A program made the translations under genes and the position numbers. DNA of 33,822 nucleotides from Hemiscyllium ocellatum (taxonomy: Eukaryota): contig NW_026867481.1 in the NCBI RefSeq assembly GCF_020745735.1, positions 723,291-757,112 on the forward strand, read 5' to 3'. The notes beneath the pieces are model-generated. The model was not told the origin of the DNA, did no database searches, and saw only the letters and a program-made list of their open reading frames with translations. This document shows positions 1 to 10,435 of this stretch, one piece after another (position 1 is the stretch's first letter; the number at the start of each line of letters is the position of its first letter).

Positions 1-213
1 TCATCTCCATTTAAGTGGCAGTGTGGAAATTTTAAAAGGTTTGCCTCTTAGTTACATTGTCGCCAAGAAGTATTTTCATCTACTCAACATCCAAAGGTTT
101 TTAATCACTTAGGATATTCCATTTTCTACACTAAACACCGCCTATGAATCTCACTGATTTTCCAATGCGTTTGTATTTTTCTCTCCTGATGCCCTTGATT
201 GTCAACCTGACAC

Positions 214-252
214 AGTTTTTGTGCAGGTGACTAGGCACTTCCATTCACTGTG
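214..252 (-). other. 23-bp-spacer recombination signal sequence of V-A1
   Basis: Heptamer CACAGTG (246-252), 23-nt spacer, nonamer ACAAAAACT (214-222). Confidence 0.95.
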
Positions 253-734
253 GGTCGAAATGCACAGTAATACACGGCACTGTCTGTCAGCTTCAGGTTT
301 TTCACTGATACGTGGAAAGTGCCTTTGTCCCGGTTGAGTTTCGCATTGAAGCGTTCAAAGCCGTGAGCCGTATCATTGTATCCAAAACTATCGGCTCTAA
401 GCAGATATCGGGGAGCTTCCTGTGAATACTGGTAGTACCAGAACATGCCGTAGCTTGTAGTTACAGCAGATACCGAGTAATTACAGGTTATTGCTGAGTC
501 TTCACCCGTTAATGCTTCGACTCGTTGTTGTGACTGGGACACTGAGTCTGCATTACTCAACTCTGAAATTAAAAAGCGGACACACAGTGGGTTAGAGACA
601 GAATGAGAAAGGGCTAATCCCCTGTAGATTGAATTTGAAAATACAATGGGTATTTGGTCATGTCGCCTGTAGTATCACCTGAACAAACCTGCGAATAAGA
701 GAATACCCAAAGTCAGGCAGAGTTTTAATCCCAT
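253..734 (-). CDS. TRAV: TCR alpha/delta-type V segment, family A copy 1, apparently functional (leader exon 689-734, intron 563-688, V exon 253-562)
   Basis: Leader MGLKLCLTLGILLFA with phase-1 GT donor and tttcAG acceptor. V exon DSVSQ..ITC..MFWYYQ..APRYLL..LKLTDSAVYYCAFRP has both Ig-fold Cys and the Trp, no stops, and abuts a 23-RSS. Symbol is family-level only; alpha versus delta cannot be resolved here. Confidence 0.92.
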
Positions 735-818
735 TATTCCCAACTGATCTCCAGAAGCTGAGACACTAATCACTCTCCGTACCATATCTGGAACTGAAGA
801 AATTCACACAACCGGGGA

Positions 819-883
819 TGTGGTGTGTTTGATTAGCCTTTATCACCCCGCCCATTTTCATTTTTTCGAACAACCACATGACG
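819..883 (-). promoter_or_regulatory. Putative V-A promoter motifs (also present upstream of copies 2 and 3)
   Basis: GC box GGGCGGGG (846-853) and two RUNX-type TGTGGT sites (819-824, 873-878), 85-150 bp upstream of the ATG. Motif match only. Confidence 0.35.
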
Positions 884-1439
884 GGAAATAATGATCTTCA
901 ACAAATAATCATAGAGTGCCCTCCTGTGGCCAGCATCCAACCTTTGGTAAACACTCAGACAAAGTCATGACCAAGTGACAGATACATATCAACACATTCT
1001 TGCACGCATGCATGCAGCCACAAATATAATACAAGGCACGAAAATAAAATGTGCTATGAAATTTTATAAGGTTGTAAACGAACATTTCACCTGAGCAGTA
1101 TCTCATTGTTAGTCAGTACCTCATGTTCAATGAATGTCTCCTTGGAAAAACTGAGTACTTCTTTCAAATTGAATTCATCAGAGAGTTTCAGCCCCATCCC
1201 CACTCGCTCACGTTTGCGAGAGTCTCTTTATACTATACTCTATCAAATACCTTCCTGATGTGGAGGGAAACAATTTTCATACCGTGTCTGTTATTTTTGT
1301 ACGTTTGGACAAAGGATGCAATAGGTTCAGGAGCTGAGTGGAGCTGGTGAAAGGCACTTGGGGATCGTCTTCGTGGCTAGCAGAGCCCACAAGACTTTAG
1401 GATGTATTGAGAATCGACAAGACTACGGCAGGGCATCCA

Positions 1440-1700
1440 TTATCTTGCCCTTCGCAGTTTCATGCTGATTTCCACTACGGGTTAAACTATACCAGATGTT
1501 TCCTCCACTTGAGGGTTTCAGATGTTATTAATCTTTTGTAGTCACATCCTGATCAACCGTCGGAAGTTGGCTATTTGAACTTTTGCAAGTCTCAAGTAGA
1601 TGGGTTATTGATAAACAAGAGGGTGAAAGATCCTAGGGGTTAAATTGGAATCCTAAGTCTGGTTACAATCAGAACGGTCATGATTCTATTTAAAAGTGAA
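1440..1700 (+). mobile_element. Decayed CR1-type LINE reverse transcriptase fragment
   Basis: Translation QPSDVVYLNFYKA..GLLINKRVKGLRG (clearest in copy 3) resembles CR1 RT xPVDVVYLDFxKAFD..RLLxKxKAHGIRG. Confidence 0.5.
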
Positions 1701-1769
1701 GCACAATCTAGGTGTCACGTAGTCAAATCCTGGTCCTTGTTCCAATGTTCCCTCATTCATATTACAAAC

Positions 1770-1990
1770 AGACTCTGCACAGTAATACACCATGGTGTCA
1801 AACAGAAGGTGCTCCGAGTTTGTAAATCAGTACGTTGGGTAATATTCCCAATTTGACATTGGTCTGATCCGTGGTGCAGTGTTCTTGGAATTTAAACTGC
1901 AACACAGATAATAAACGCCCGATTGCAGGTCTTGGGAAAAGAGAATTCATGAGGACACACCCCACAGCATCCTAAAAATCTATTCCTTCT
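1770..1990 (-). pseudogene. Heavily decayed V relic, family F copy 1
   Basis: Minus strand GAC ACC ATG GTG TAT TAC TGT GCA = DTMVYYCA (1799-1776). Copies 2 and 3 read FTNSAPRLSDTMVHY*A and FTNSVPRLSDTMVHYYA. A nonamer-like ACAAGGACC follows but there is no heptamer. The 5' boundary is approximate. Confidence 0.5.
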
Positions 1991-2307
1991 GATTGAGCAG
2001 TTAATTTGCATGAAATAAATGTAAACTCTGATTGCTATAAATCTTCATTGTTAGTTGCGAAGCAATTAATTTTGATAATGATAACGTCGGTTAGTCATCT
2101 ATGAAGATTTTATATCACGTGATAAAGTAGCATAGCAGATGATAAATGAAAGATAAAATGAATATTTTAACACTAACCAAACTTATGGTAGGCAATGGAC
2201 AGCCGATTCTAATTGCTAGTTGCGAGATCCCGCACTTCTAAGCAATAACTGAATACAATGGTGTTTATTTTTGTTTACGGATTCTGCTACATCTCTAAAG
2301 CACTGTG

Positions 2308-2608
2308 AGATACATAGCACAGAATTAGACTGTAGAATCAGAAGTAAGAGTGTTGTTGATTGTCAGTTTGGTCGTGTTGACAATGCTCTCAAACGTTGAC
2401 GAGAAAAGTTCTGTGACGTTTGGATTCCTTTTTACATTCCTTCCTATATAACGAATAACATTTCGTAGAGGTTGTCTAAGATGAAGACATTTGCAGTACA
2501 TCTACATTTGATTGCAACATTTTTTAAGCTGCAGGTGACTGCGACCGTTCTTCCAACTTGAACCACCATTTCAGGGACCAGCCGTTCCAAAGTTGCTTGA
2601 TGGTTCCA
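2308..2608 (-). pseudogene. V pseudogene, family B copy 1
   Basis: ATLERLVPEMVVQVGRTVAVTC, then a frameshift, then ..FSSTFESIVNTTKLTINNTLTSDSTV*FCAMY. Perfect heptamer CACAGTG at 2301-2307; nonamer-like ACAAAAATA lies at a 26-nt spacing. Confidence 0.8.
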
Positions 2609-4378
2609 CTCAAAGCGAAAACCACGTCCAATAATCATCATGGTCGTCACCATTTACTACGTTCATATCCAATCTGCAACAATACTTTCGTCACAATACT
2701 CGAAGAGAATCGATACATGCTGAAAAGGAGATGCTTACTGGGAAATTATAAAATGATCAGGAGCAGAAAAAGAAGCTTCTGCATATTGCGGTATGATTCC
2801 ACAGTACAGTCCAAATTGCCCATTGTCAGAACAAAAGTACATTCGCTCACTCAATTTATGTCTAATCCATTGAATGACAAACTAATTTGGCAATGTGGCC
2901 CTACGGCTGACAGCAAGGGGAAGCTGAAGAAGAGACTGGCAATGTTTTGCTGCTATGGTATTAGTTGAGAGAATGTGCTATATGCGTGACTCTGGCGTCC
3001 TCTTGTGTTGTCTCTGTGCAAATTATTCTGCACGACAAAGCATGAAGTATTGTTGAATATCGTTATATGTAGAGTAACTGAGAGAAGATATATGATATTT
3101 TTGGAGATTGTGGAAGCAATTGTGTTTTCTGCTCGCTATTTTCAACGATGTTATACTTATTTCTCCAGTCACCTTTTTTGTGACCCTTTTGCATTACCTC
3201 CTTGTTGGTGTGCGTTGCTTGTTTACCTTCGGATCCCTCAGGTTGTGATTTCACAGTCTCTTTATTTCAGGTTGAATATAAATCTCTATTTTCTGTTTTC
3301 TTTTCCTTTCTCTCTATCTTTCAGCGACAGGATCTGTGCCCTATCAAACCCCTGTGATTTTTATTTGTAAAGACAGTTGATGAATTCAGGACGTACCGAA
3401 GAGAGTTGGCTGACAATGCCCGTCACTTGGTCATCTCTCAAACGGTTCCTTTTTTTCATATACCCAAATGCATATTGCAATGTAAATCAAAATGAAATTC
3501 ATGATCTGAATTAGGTTTGTGCGATGAAAACTAAAAGGGTGATGCTCAAGGTAATGATCATGTTCCCTAAAATATTACGTTGCAATCATCTTCCTGTACA
3601 AATGTATACAGATTAGAATTTGCCACTACCTTAATTTAATCAAGTGAAAACATCAATCCACTGTCCTTTCTTTTTAGCCATGTGGAAATACGTTGGTAAG
3701 CACAACACAGCTTTCTGAAAATGACATTATTAAGAGACGTACTTCATTAAGTACGTATTTCATTCATTTTATTTCATTTTGCGCTTTATTTCTTGTTTTA
3801 TTGTTCCCTAAAGAACGTATAAAGACCAAAGAGACAATTTGAAAACTCACTGAATGTAGGACTAACTTGATTTGAAACTGGCTTGAGATTCAGGTTAAGG
3901 TCAAACTGAATTGACTGGCAGCTTTGCTGTTTAACGATGTGTAATAAGTAGTTTCAGTGAAATAATCAGTTGTTGAAATTAAATTGAGGTTCTTTTTTTA
4001 TGCACCACCACGAGTCAGTCTGAGTTTGCAAAGTGGTGACTCTGAGAAATTTCTATGTGGATGCAATATGCAAAGATTTTCAGGTATCATTCTAAGTTAA
4101 AAGAATGCAAATTGAGATGGGAAAAGATACGAATTATCAAGAAAAACCCGGCATCTCACGTTCATTTTAAGGAAACATGAGTAACTGAACCCAATTTCTC
4201 CGGTCAATTCCCCAGTATGGAGTTAATTTGCATCTCAAAGCTCACTTCTTAATTCTGAGCTAATGGGAGCAGTTACGTACGCTTGAAATTACTGTGTGAA
4301 GTGCTGGCAATCAACGTACATCTTTTCACAGTCTTTTATCTATTCAGCTTACTCTGTTCCAACCCTGTATCTTTCATT

Positions 4379-4833
4379 AATTGCATGGAATTTTGAAGAA
4401 GACGTTGGTTTTGTCCATGGGTTGCACGGGGTCTTTTAAGTTTGTTAGTTTTTGTTTGAGTGTGTTGGTGGGCTTGTGTGCTACTAGGATTCCGAGGTGT
4501 ATTAGTAGTCCGGTTCTCATTTCAGAAAATTCTTTGAGATATGGTAAGGTGGTTAGGGTTTCTGGCTGTGTTTGGTCTGCTTGTCGTGGTTTGTTCTTGA
4601 GAAATCAAACAAACACATAGATCTAGATACCATCCATCAACACCTCAGAAAACGAACAGGACATGACATCACTACAAACCCCAGGAACCCCATCCAGGGC
4701 AAACACAGAAATAGAAAGCAGGAGACAACAGCTTCGCTTCACTTGGAGGTCGCCACTGATGATGCTACCTAGCCAGGTAATGAAACGTCTGGATACCAAA
4801 CCTACAGCCCAGCGAGCAAACCAACACCCTAAA
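4379..4833. mobile_element. Penelope-like retroelement fragment with internal inversion, copy 1
   Basis: Minus 4606 to 4379 encodes FLKNKPRQADQTQPETLTTLPYLKEFSE..VAHKPTNTLKQKLTNLKDPVQPMDKTNVFFKIPC (linker into the GIY-YIG domain). Plus 4604-4833 encodes the C-terminal NKHIDLDTIHQHLRKRTG and then pLTR-like sequence. Confidence 0.8.
4753..4792 (+). ncRNA. Minimal hammerhead ribozyme motif (Penelope type), copy 1
   Basis: cca-CTGATGA(4756-4762)-t-gctacc-tagcca-ggtaat-GAAAC-GTC(4782-4789)-tgg. Core boxes intact; stem II partly mismatched. Confidence 0.6.
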
Positions 4834-5227
4834 GTAAAATTCCACATGAGAAGGATTACAGGTCTATAATTTTAAATGAACAAACGTATGTGACACAGAC
4901 CAGTCCAATTATAATTTGAAGAGATGTGTTTAGACAGAGACCAGGTTGAAATGTGCTTGTATTCCCGACAAGAAGTACTTGGAGGAAGTAGCAGTGATCT
5001 ATTTGAAAGGAAACCAGATGAATTGCAGATGAAACGGATGAAATGGTTGCTGATAGCATGAGGGGAAGGTATAAGCAAGATGCCAGTGTTTAAACATGGA
5101 CATGGGCCTGACGAGAGAATGAGTTTTTTTTGTGCTCTTGGTTCTATTTTAAGGAAGTGCTGCGAATTTGGTTAAGTTCACTTTACATTAAGGACCGATT
5201 TCTGCTTTCTCTCACCTTTTGGTCCAA

Positions 5228-5517
5228 ATTTGAACGAAGCAGATTCTGTAACGCAGCGACAGATCTCGCTCACACAGACAGAGGGATAAGAAATCTCTTT
5301 AAACTGCACTTACTGGTAATTATTATTACTGGTTCTGGTACCTGGGCAGACAGCGCAAGTCCACAATCCAGAGGCACACGAGCAGTGTTGCTGAAAAGGT
5401 GGCGGTTTTCGCTCAGAACTGCTTTTCTGATACAGTCCAGCAGACAGATAAGTACCGATTCACCATTTAAAAGCTGGTGCTGTCTGACACCGTGATTTCT
5501 TACTGTGCAACGAGCCT
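5228..5517 (+). pseudogene. Inverted V pseudogene, family C copy 1
   Basis: DSVTQRQISLTQTEG*EISLNCTY, frameshift, YYWFWY..RFTI*KLVLSDTVISYCATS. Acceptor mutated to AA; heptamer CACACTG (5518-5524); nonamer degenerate. Confidence 0.85.
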
Positions 5518-5999
5518 CACACTGTTGTGAATGAGTGAGTCTTGTGCAATGTCTACTGCAGTCTCAGGGGAATAGCTGTTAAATGTTGAGGTTTGTTTAT
5601 CACAGCAGTTACATCGTGACACTTAGTGACATTCCTATGAGCTAATGCTTGGTGACAATCTGTTGAAAAAACACTCCAACATCGCTCGTACGGAATAATA
5701 ATTTTGATTATTGAACTGAATATGAGATGGTCATAATCGGCTCCTGTGTATTTGGGGAGCTGTGGTTTTCATTGCTCACTTTCACTGAGAATACAATCTC
5801 TGAGACTGGCTTGTCACTAACTTTATTCAATGAATCTCCGGTGGACAAAGACTGGAATGTGATCTATTAAATGTAGGAAACACCAGGATGTTGTATGGAC
5901 AGCAGTCGGCCAGGTGAGGAGACTCTGAATCATCAGGCGAACCTGATCGAGCATATCTCTATATTGAAGTACACATTTTAAAGATTGAAAACTCAGAAT

Positions 6000-6530
6000 T
6001 ATATGTATTGGAAAGTGAAGAATTTCGGGATGCGATGCGAAGGTAAGGAGCGAAAGTATCAGCAGAAAAGATTTACAAGGATATCCCGAGTACTAATGAA
6101 TGTGAGGTACAAGGAGAGGTTGGATAGGCTGATACACTTTTCCACTGGAAGGTAGATGGCGGAAAGGCGAACATTTAAAGGCTTGTAAAATCATGAGGGA
6201 CGTGTATAAGCTGAAAAGCAAACTTATTTTCCCCTGGGTAGATGAGTACAACCTGCAGTACATATTTTTAAGCTGAGAGAGGAAAGATTTGAGGAGACGT
6301 GAAGGGCAGCGTATTCATACAAATGTGATGTGTATATGGAAATAATAGTCAAAAAGTGGTAGATGCAGGGGCAATCACAAAATCTCAAAGACATTTAGGC
6401 AGCTACATGAATAGGAAAGATTTCGAAGTGTGCGGAACAAACTCTGACGAACGTGAAGGTATCAGTTTCAGAAAGATGTTTGGTTATGGACGACTTGGAC
6501 CAAATGACTTGTATGAATGACTTCATGACT
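6000..6530 (+). mobile_element. CR1 LINE 3' fragment, copy 1
   Basis: agaaaagatttacaaggat..gagaggttggataggct..tacatgaataggaa..ggacgacttggaccaaatg..catgact resembles the chondrichthyan CR1 3' end as I recall it. Confidence 0.75.
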
Positions 6531-7068
6531 GATCTGCAAGAACAGACATTCTGTGTTCGTGCAATACTTGGTTAGAAAATCGACTCAATCAAAGTATCTA
6601 ACTGAAAAAAAAATGAAAGTATTCATGTTGTCAAATATCAGTAGAGGTTTTAAAAATTTGAACTCATTGGTTAAGGCGTCTTATGAGCAAAACGTATTTT
6701 TTTTAATCCGTCCCACGATGCGATCCTGCTGCTTTGAAATATTCATTGCTGATTCAAAAACAAAATTAGGTCAGATATTTTGGGAAACTTTCTTGTTGCA
6801 AAGGTTTTAATCTATATAACCAGAAAGGAGACATTATCTAATCACCTCCATGGATTGTCAGAATGTACTCGATATAAGAGGCAGAGGAAAACTTGCCAGT
6901 GGTGGACTGTTTACTCTTAGATTATGAAATATTTGGATATATTTTTATTTTGTGGTTTTATTAGAATAATATTTTGGAAATAAATGTTTCTCTGCAACCT
7001 TTTGCTGACGCCCCTTTCTTTCTCTCTGCGCACCGACCATTCAGTGCAGCTTCGTTGCATTTTGGCAG

Positions 7069-7107
7069 AGTTTTTGTACGAGGCTCCCTCTGGGTCCTGT
7101 CACGGTG
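7069..7107 (-). other. 23-RSS of V-D1
   Basis: Heptamer CACCGTG (7101-7107), 23-nt spacer, nonamer ACAAAAACT (7069-7077). Confidence 0.88.
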
Positions 7108-7641
7108 TCTTTCAGTCCGCAGTAATACACCGCGCTGTCAGACAGCTGCAGCTCACCAAGGGTGAAATTGCCTTCGCTGTTTGAAGTGTCCAGAGACGAT
7201 AAAAATCGAGTCCCCAGTCCGTCTGCTCTGAAAGGATCTCCATAGTTAGGGATAGATATCAAGAACGTGAGAGCTTTTCCGTGGTACTGACGATACAGCT
7301 GTAAGAAATATGACGTCGATTTGGTCGAGTATCTGAAATTAAAGGTCACTGAGTTTCCTTCGAATAATTTTGTTGCAGTCAGCTCTTGAAAAATCAAGTC
7401 TGCACAATTAACACCTGAAACAAAATTGAAAAGCAACAAAAAATAATCTTCACATTCACGTTTTAACCAAATAATGTCAACAAGACGCGAAAATACATCG
7501 CACATACAGAGGAAACCGTAGTTACATGGAAGGTCACCATGTATTGACATTATCAATTATCAGCAACATTTTCAACTTCTTGTACATACCAGTTAAGAAT
7601 GCTGCACATGTCATCAATGCATAAAGTGAAACACGCAACAT
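7108..7641 (-). CDS. Open-frame atypical TCR V segment, family D copy 1 (leader 7590-7641, V exon 7108-7414), lacking first Cys and conserved Trp
   Basis: Leader MLRVSLYALMTCAAFLT with GT donor and tttcAG acceptor. V exon VTFNFRY..LQLYRQ..LQLSDSAVYYCGLKD has no stops and is followed by a 23-RSS. Confidence 0.8.
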
Positions 7642-8400
7642 GTTTGCCAAGCAAATGATGAGTTTGAACAGTGGGAACTGGAACTGAATTATCTCTGCTG
7701 TGTGGGGGGATTGAACACTCCGAGATGAAGTTAAGGGACTTTAACAGTTGATATTCTGTTATATCCGGTCTTACTGCCGACTGGTTCTTCCGCATAAACG
7801 TCGCCAGGCAGCATCCAATAAGCTCAAAGCATTTCGTTCTCCTGTCTTAATGTCAGAGAACTGTTCAGCAACACTTTGAATGTGCTCCACGACTTAATTA
7901 GACCATGATTCGCCACCAAGCATTCATTGTGCAGCACAACTCCCAAATATATATTTTTTCCTCGAAGACACACTAACCTATCAAAATAATTGAGAAAGAA
8001 ATTCAAAGACAGTGCAATGGCTCCTCTTCTGATGTACTGAATATAAGTAAAATAGGTATTTAATCTAATTATGGGCCTTTTACCGGAGACAGTCTTAAAT
8101 CTCAATCATTGATGTGTGATAGCTTATCGTAACAGTGCCCTAGCTCGCCATTAAGAGTGTTGCTTGCCAATTACGAACAACACTTTAAACCAAACTAAGA
8201 AGGGATTTAGGACAGAACGCAAAAATGAAATTCAGAAGGAAATCATTCACAATAGCTGACCTTTGTAGTTTGAATTTGAATGTATTAAGAGCTTACAAGA
8301 GTGCTCATAGATGTGTCTGTGTGTGTGCATTGGGTGTGGGGTAGAGTATGATTGCTTTTTCGGTTTTTGTCCAGAGTTCCAGTGACATTCTGTCAGTGTA

Positions 8401-8807
8401 GGGTCAGCACACAGTTATATACAGTAGCGTAAGAGACACGAACTGAAGAGATCTTTAAAGAACATGCTTTGTTTTCTTTTTCAAGAGTAGCAGAAATCCT
8501 GTGTGAGCAATTTGGAGACTGATGGCCCTATTCCATGTCGAAAGGAAACTGAATGGACAATTTGCCTGATGATGAGCTGTATTTTGTTGGTTAAAGATAT
8601 TTCAGAACCTAGTCTGACCTTCCTGAAATGTTAGATTAAGTAGATTCCAGGAAAGCGAATCTAGGCAACAACTTCCTCTAAAAAAGCATAAGGTGTCAAA
8701 GATCAGTCATGCAACTGATGAAATGCACTTTGACTTAATTAACTCAGAATAACCAGTTAGCACAGCCATTATCATCAGCAGCAAGACATATACGGAATAT
8801 GTGGCAT
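8401..8807 (-). pseudogene. V pseudogene, family E copy 1 (frameshifted leader 8754-8807, V exon 8401-8677)
   Basis: Leader-like VYVLLLMIMAVLTG with GT donor. DSLSWNLLNLTFQEGQT, then SATLEKENKACSLKISSVRVSYATVYNCVLT. Heptamer TACACTG (8394-8400), 23-nt spacer, perfect nonamer ACAAAAACC (8362-8370). Absent from the ORF track. Confidence 0.8.
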
Positions 8808-9953
8808 AATGCTCGACAGTAAACCATTCACTTCTTGATTTATTTTGACTTGACTGAACCCAGATCAAAAATAGGCTTCAATTCCGAGGCAATAGAGGAT
8901 TCCTTTCCTTGTTCCGATTGACTGTTATTTCTTACTTCAACAATATGTAACTCATAATTAGTTCATGGTTAATTGCAGTTGAATGCCTCCAATCATTTAT
9001 CTGATATCGTTATGGTTTTGTCACCGCCCTGCTCTGTCCCAAACTTTCAGACATTATATTTCTTTCTCAGTTTATTTCAACTTCATTTCAAGCTTAATGG
9101 CTATCTAATCAAAGAAGCAAATAGGTCTCTATAGGTAAACTGAAATGTGATGTAATGCAAAACTTATTAAATACTCAGGTCTAAGTCAACGTCTGCAGCA
9201 AAGGTGCTCAATTAATCATTACAGTGAAAAGACCAGGAAGGAAATGAAAATTCGTCATCCACCTCCAAACTGTGGAGTCTTACACTTGGAGCCACCTTGC
9301 TGTGGAAAGGGCATAACTTCTACCAGTCTCTACTGTGACCGCAGAGGCTTGAAACCCAATGTCCCTAGTCATGCTTTTGAATTACATTACTTTCAAAAGA
9401 TTGCAGTTTTTAGAAATTAAAAAAAAACTTACTCACACCTAAGTTCTATAGAAGTTGGAAAGGCGCAGCAGTAAGTCATTCATCCCTTCGATCCGGCTTC
9501 ACCATTTCAGAATATCACAGCTGCTCTGATTGTGGCCGCAGCTGTTCTTCCGTGTCTCGTCCCAGAATACATTTCTCCCTCGTAAGTCAATTTTCTGTGC
9601 AATTTCACCTTGAATACATTCAATGGCCCAAACAGCACTTCTATGACAAATATGAATTCCAAAGAGAAACGACGCTCTAAGGGAGAAGTAAAACATGTCA
9701 TCATTTCCATTTAAGTGACAGTGTGGAAATTTTAAAAGGTTTGCCTCTTAGTTCCATTGTCGCCAAGAAGTAATTTCATCTACTCAACATCCAAAGGTTT
9801 TTAACCACTTAGGATATTTCATGTTCTACACTAAACACCGCCTATGAATCTCACTGTTTTCCCAATGCGTTTGTATTTTTCTCTCCTGATGCCCTTGATT
9901 GTCAACCTGACACAGTTTTTTGTGCAGGTGACTAGGCACTTCCATTCACTGTG

Positions 9954-10435
9954 GGTCGAAATGCACAGTAATACACGGCACTGTCTGTCAGCTTCAAGTT
10001 TTTCACTGATAAGTGGAAAGTGCCTTTGTCCCGGTTGAGTTTCGCGTGGAAGCGTTCAAAGCCGTGAGCCGTCTCATTAAATCCATAACTATCGGCTCTG
10101 AGCAGATATCGAGGAGCTTCCTGTGAATACTGGGAGTACCAGAACATGTAGTAGCTTACAGTTGCAGCTGATACCGAGTAATTACAGGTTATTGCTGAGT
10201 TTTCACCCATTAATGCTTCGACTCGTTGTTGTGACTGGAACACTGAGTCTGCATTACTCAACTCTGAAATGAAAAAGCGGACACACAGTGGGTTAGAGAC
10301 AGAATGGATAAGGGCTAATCCCCTATAGATTGAATTTGAAAATACGGTGGGTATTTGGGCATGTCGCCTGTAGATTCGCATGAACAAACCTGTGAATAAG
10401 AGAATACTCAGAGTCAAGCAGAGTATTAATCCCAT
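9954..10435 (-). CDS. TRAV: TCR alpha/delta-type V segment, family A copy 2, apparently functional (leader 10390-10435, V exon 9954-10263)
   Basis: Leader MGLILCLTLSILLFT, GT/AG splice sites, intact V exon ending YYCAFRP. RSS CACAGTG (9947-9953), 23-nt spacer, ACAAAAAAC (9915-9923). Confidence 0.92.

Noticed and set aside
1258-1350. Signal-peptide-like MWRETIFIPCLLFLYVWTKDAIGS
   Set aside because: Stop follows quickly, there is no donor or downstream V exon on that strand, and the start differs among copies.
2004-2011. Perfect octamer ATTTGCAT near relic F
   Set aside because: Copies 2 and 3 have ATTCGCAT, so it is probably a chance substitution.
2558-2968. 136-aa plus-strand ORF, with paralogs at 12255-12590 and 21960-22370
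   Set aside because: Antisense shadow of the V-B pseudogene and its upstream region; no recognisable domain, and truncated in copy 2.
3005-3370. Hydrophobic 121-aa ORF, with paralogs at 12702 and 22407/22510
   Set aside because: Results from T-rich low-complexity DNA; the frame is broken in copy 3 and there is no clear splice context or motif.
9440-9700. Minus-strand TYCCAFP, resembling a V end
   Set aside because: No heptamer or nonamer, no upstream framework motifs, and not conserved in the next copy.
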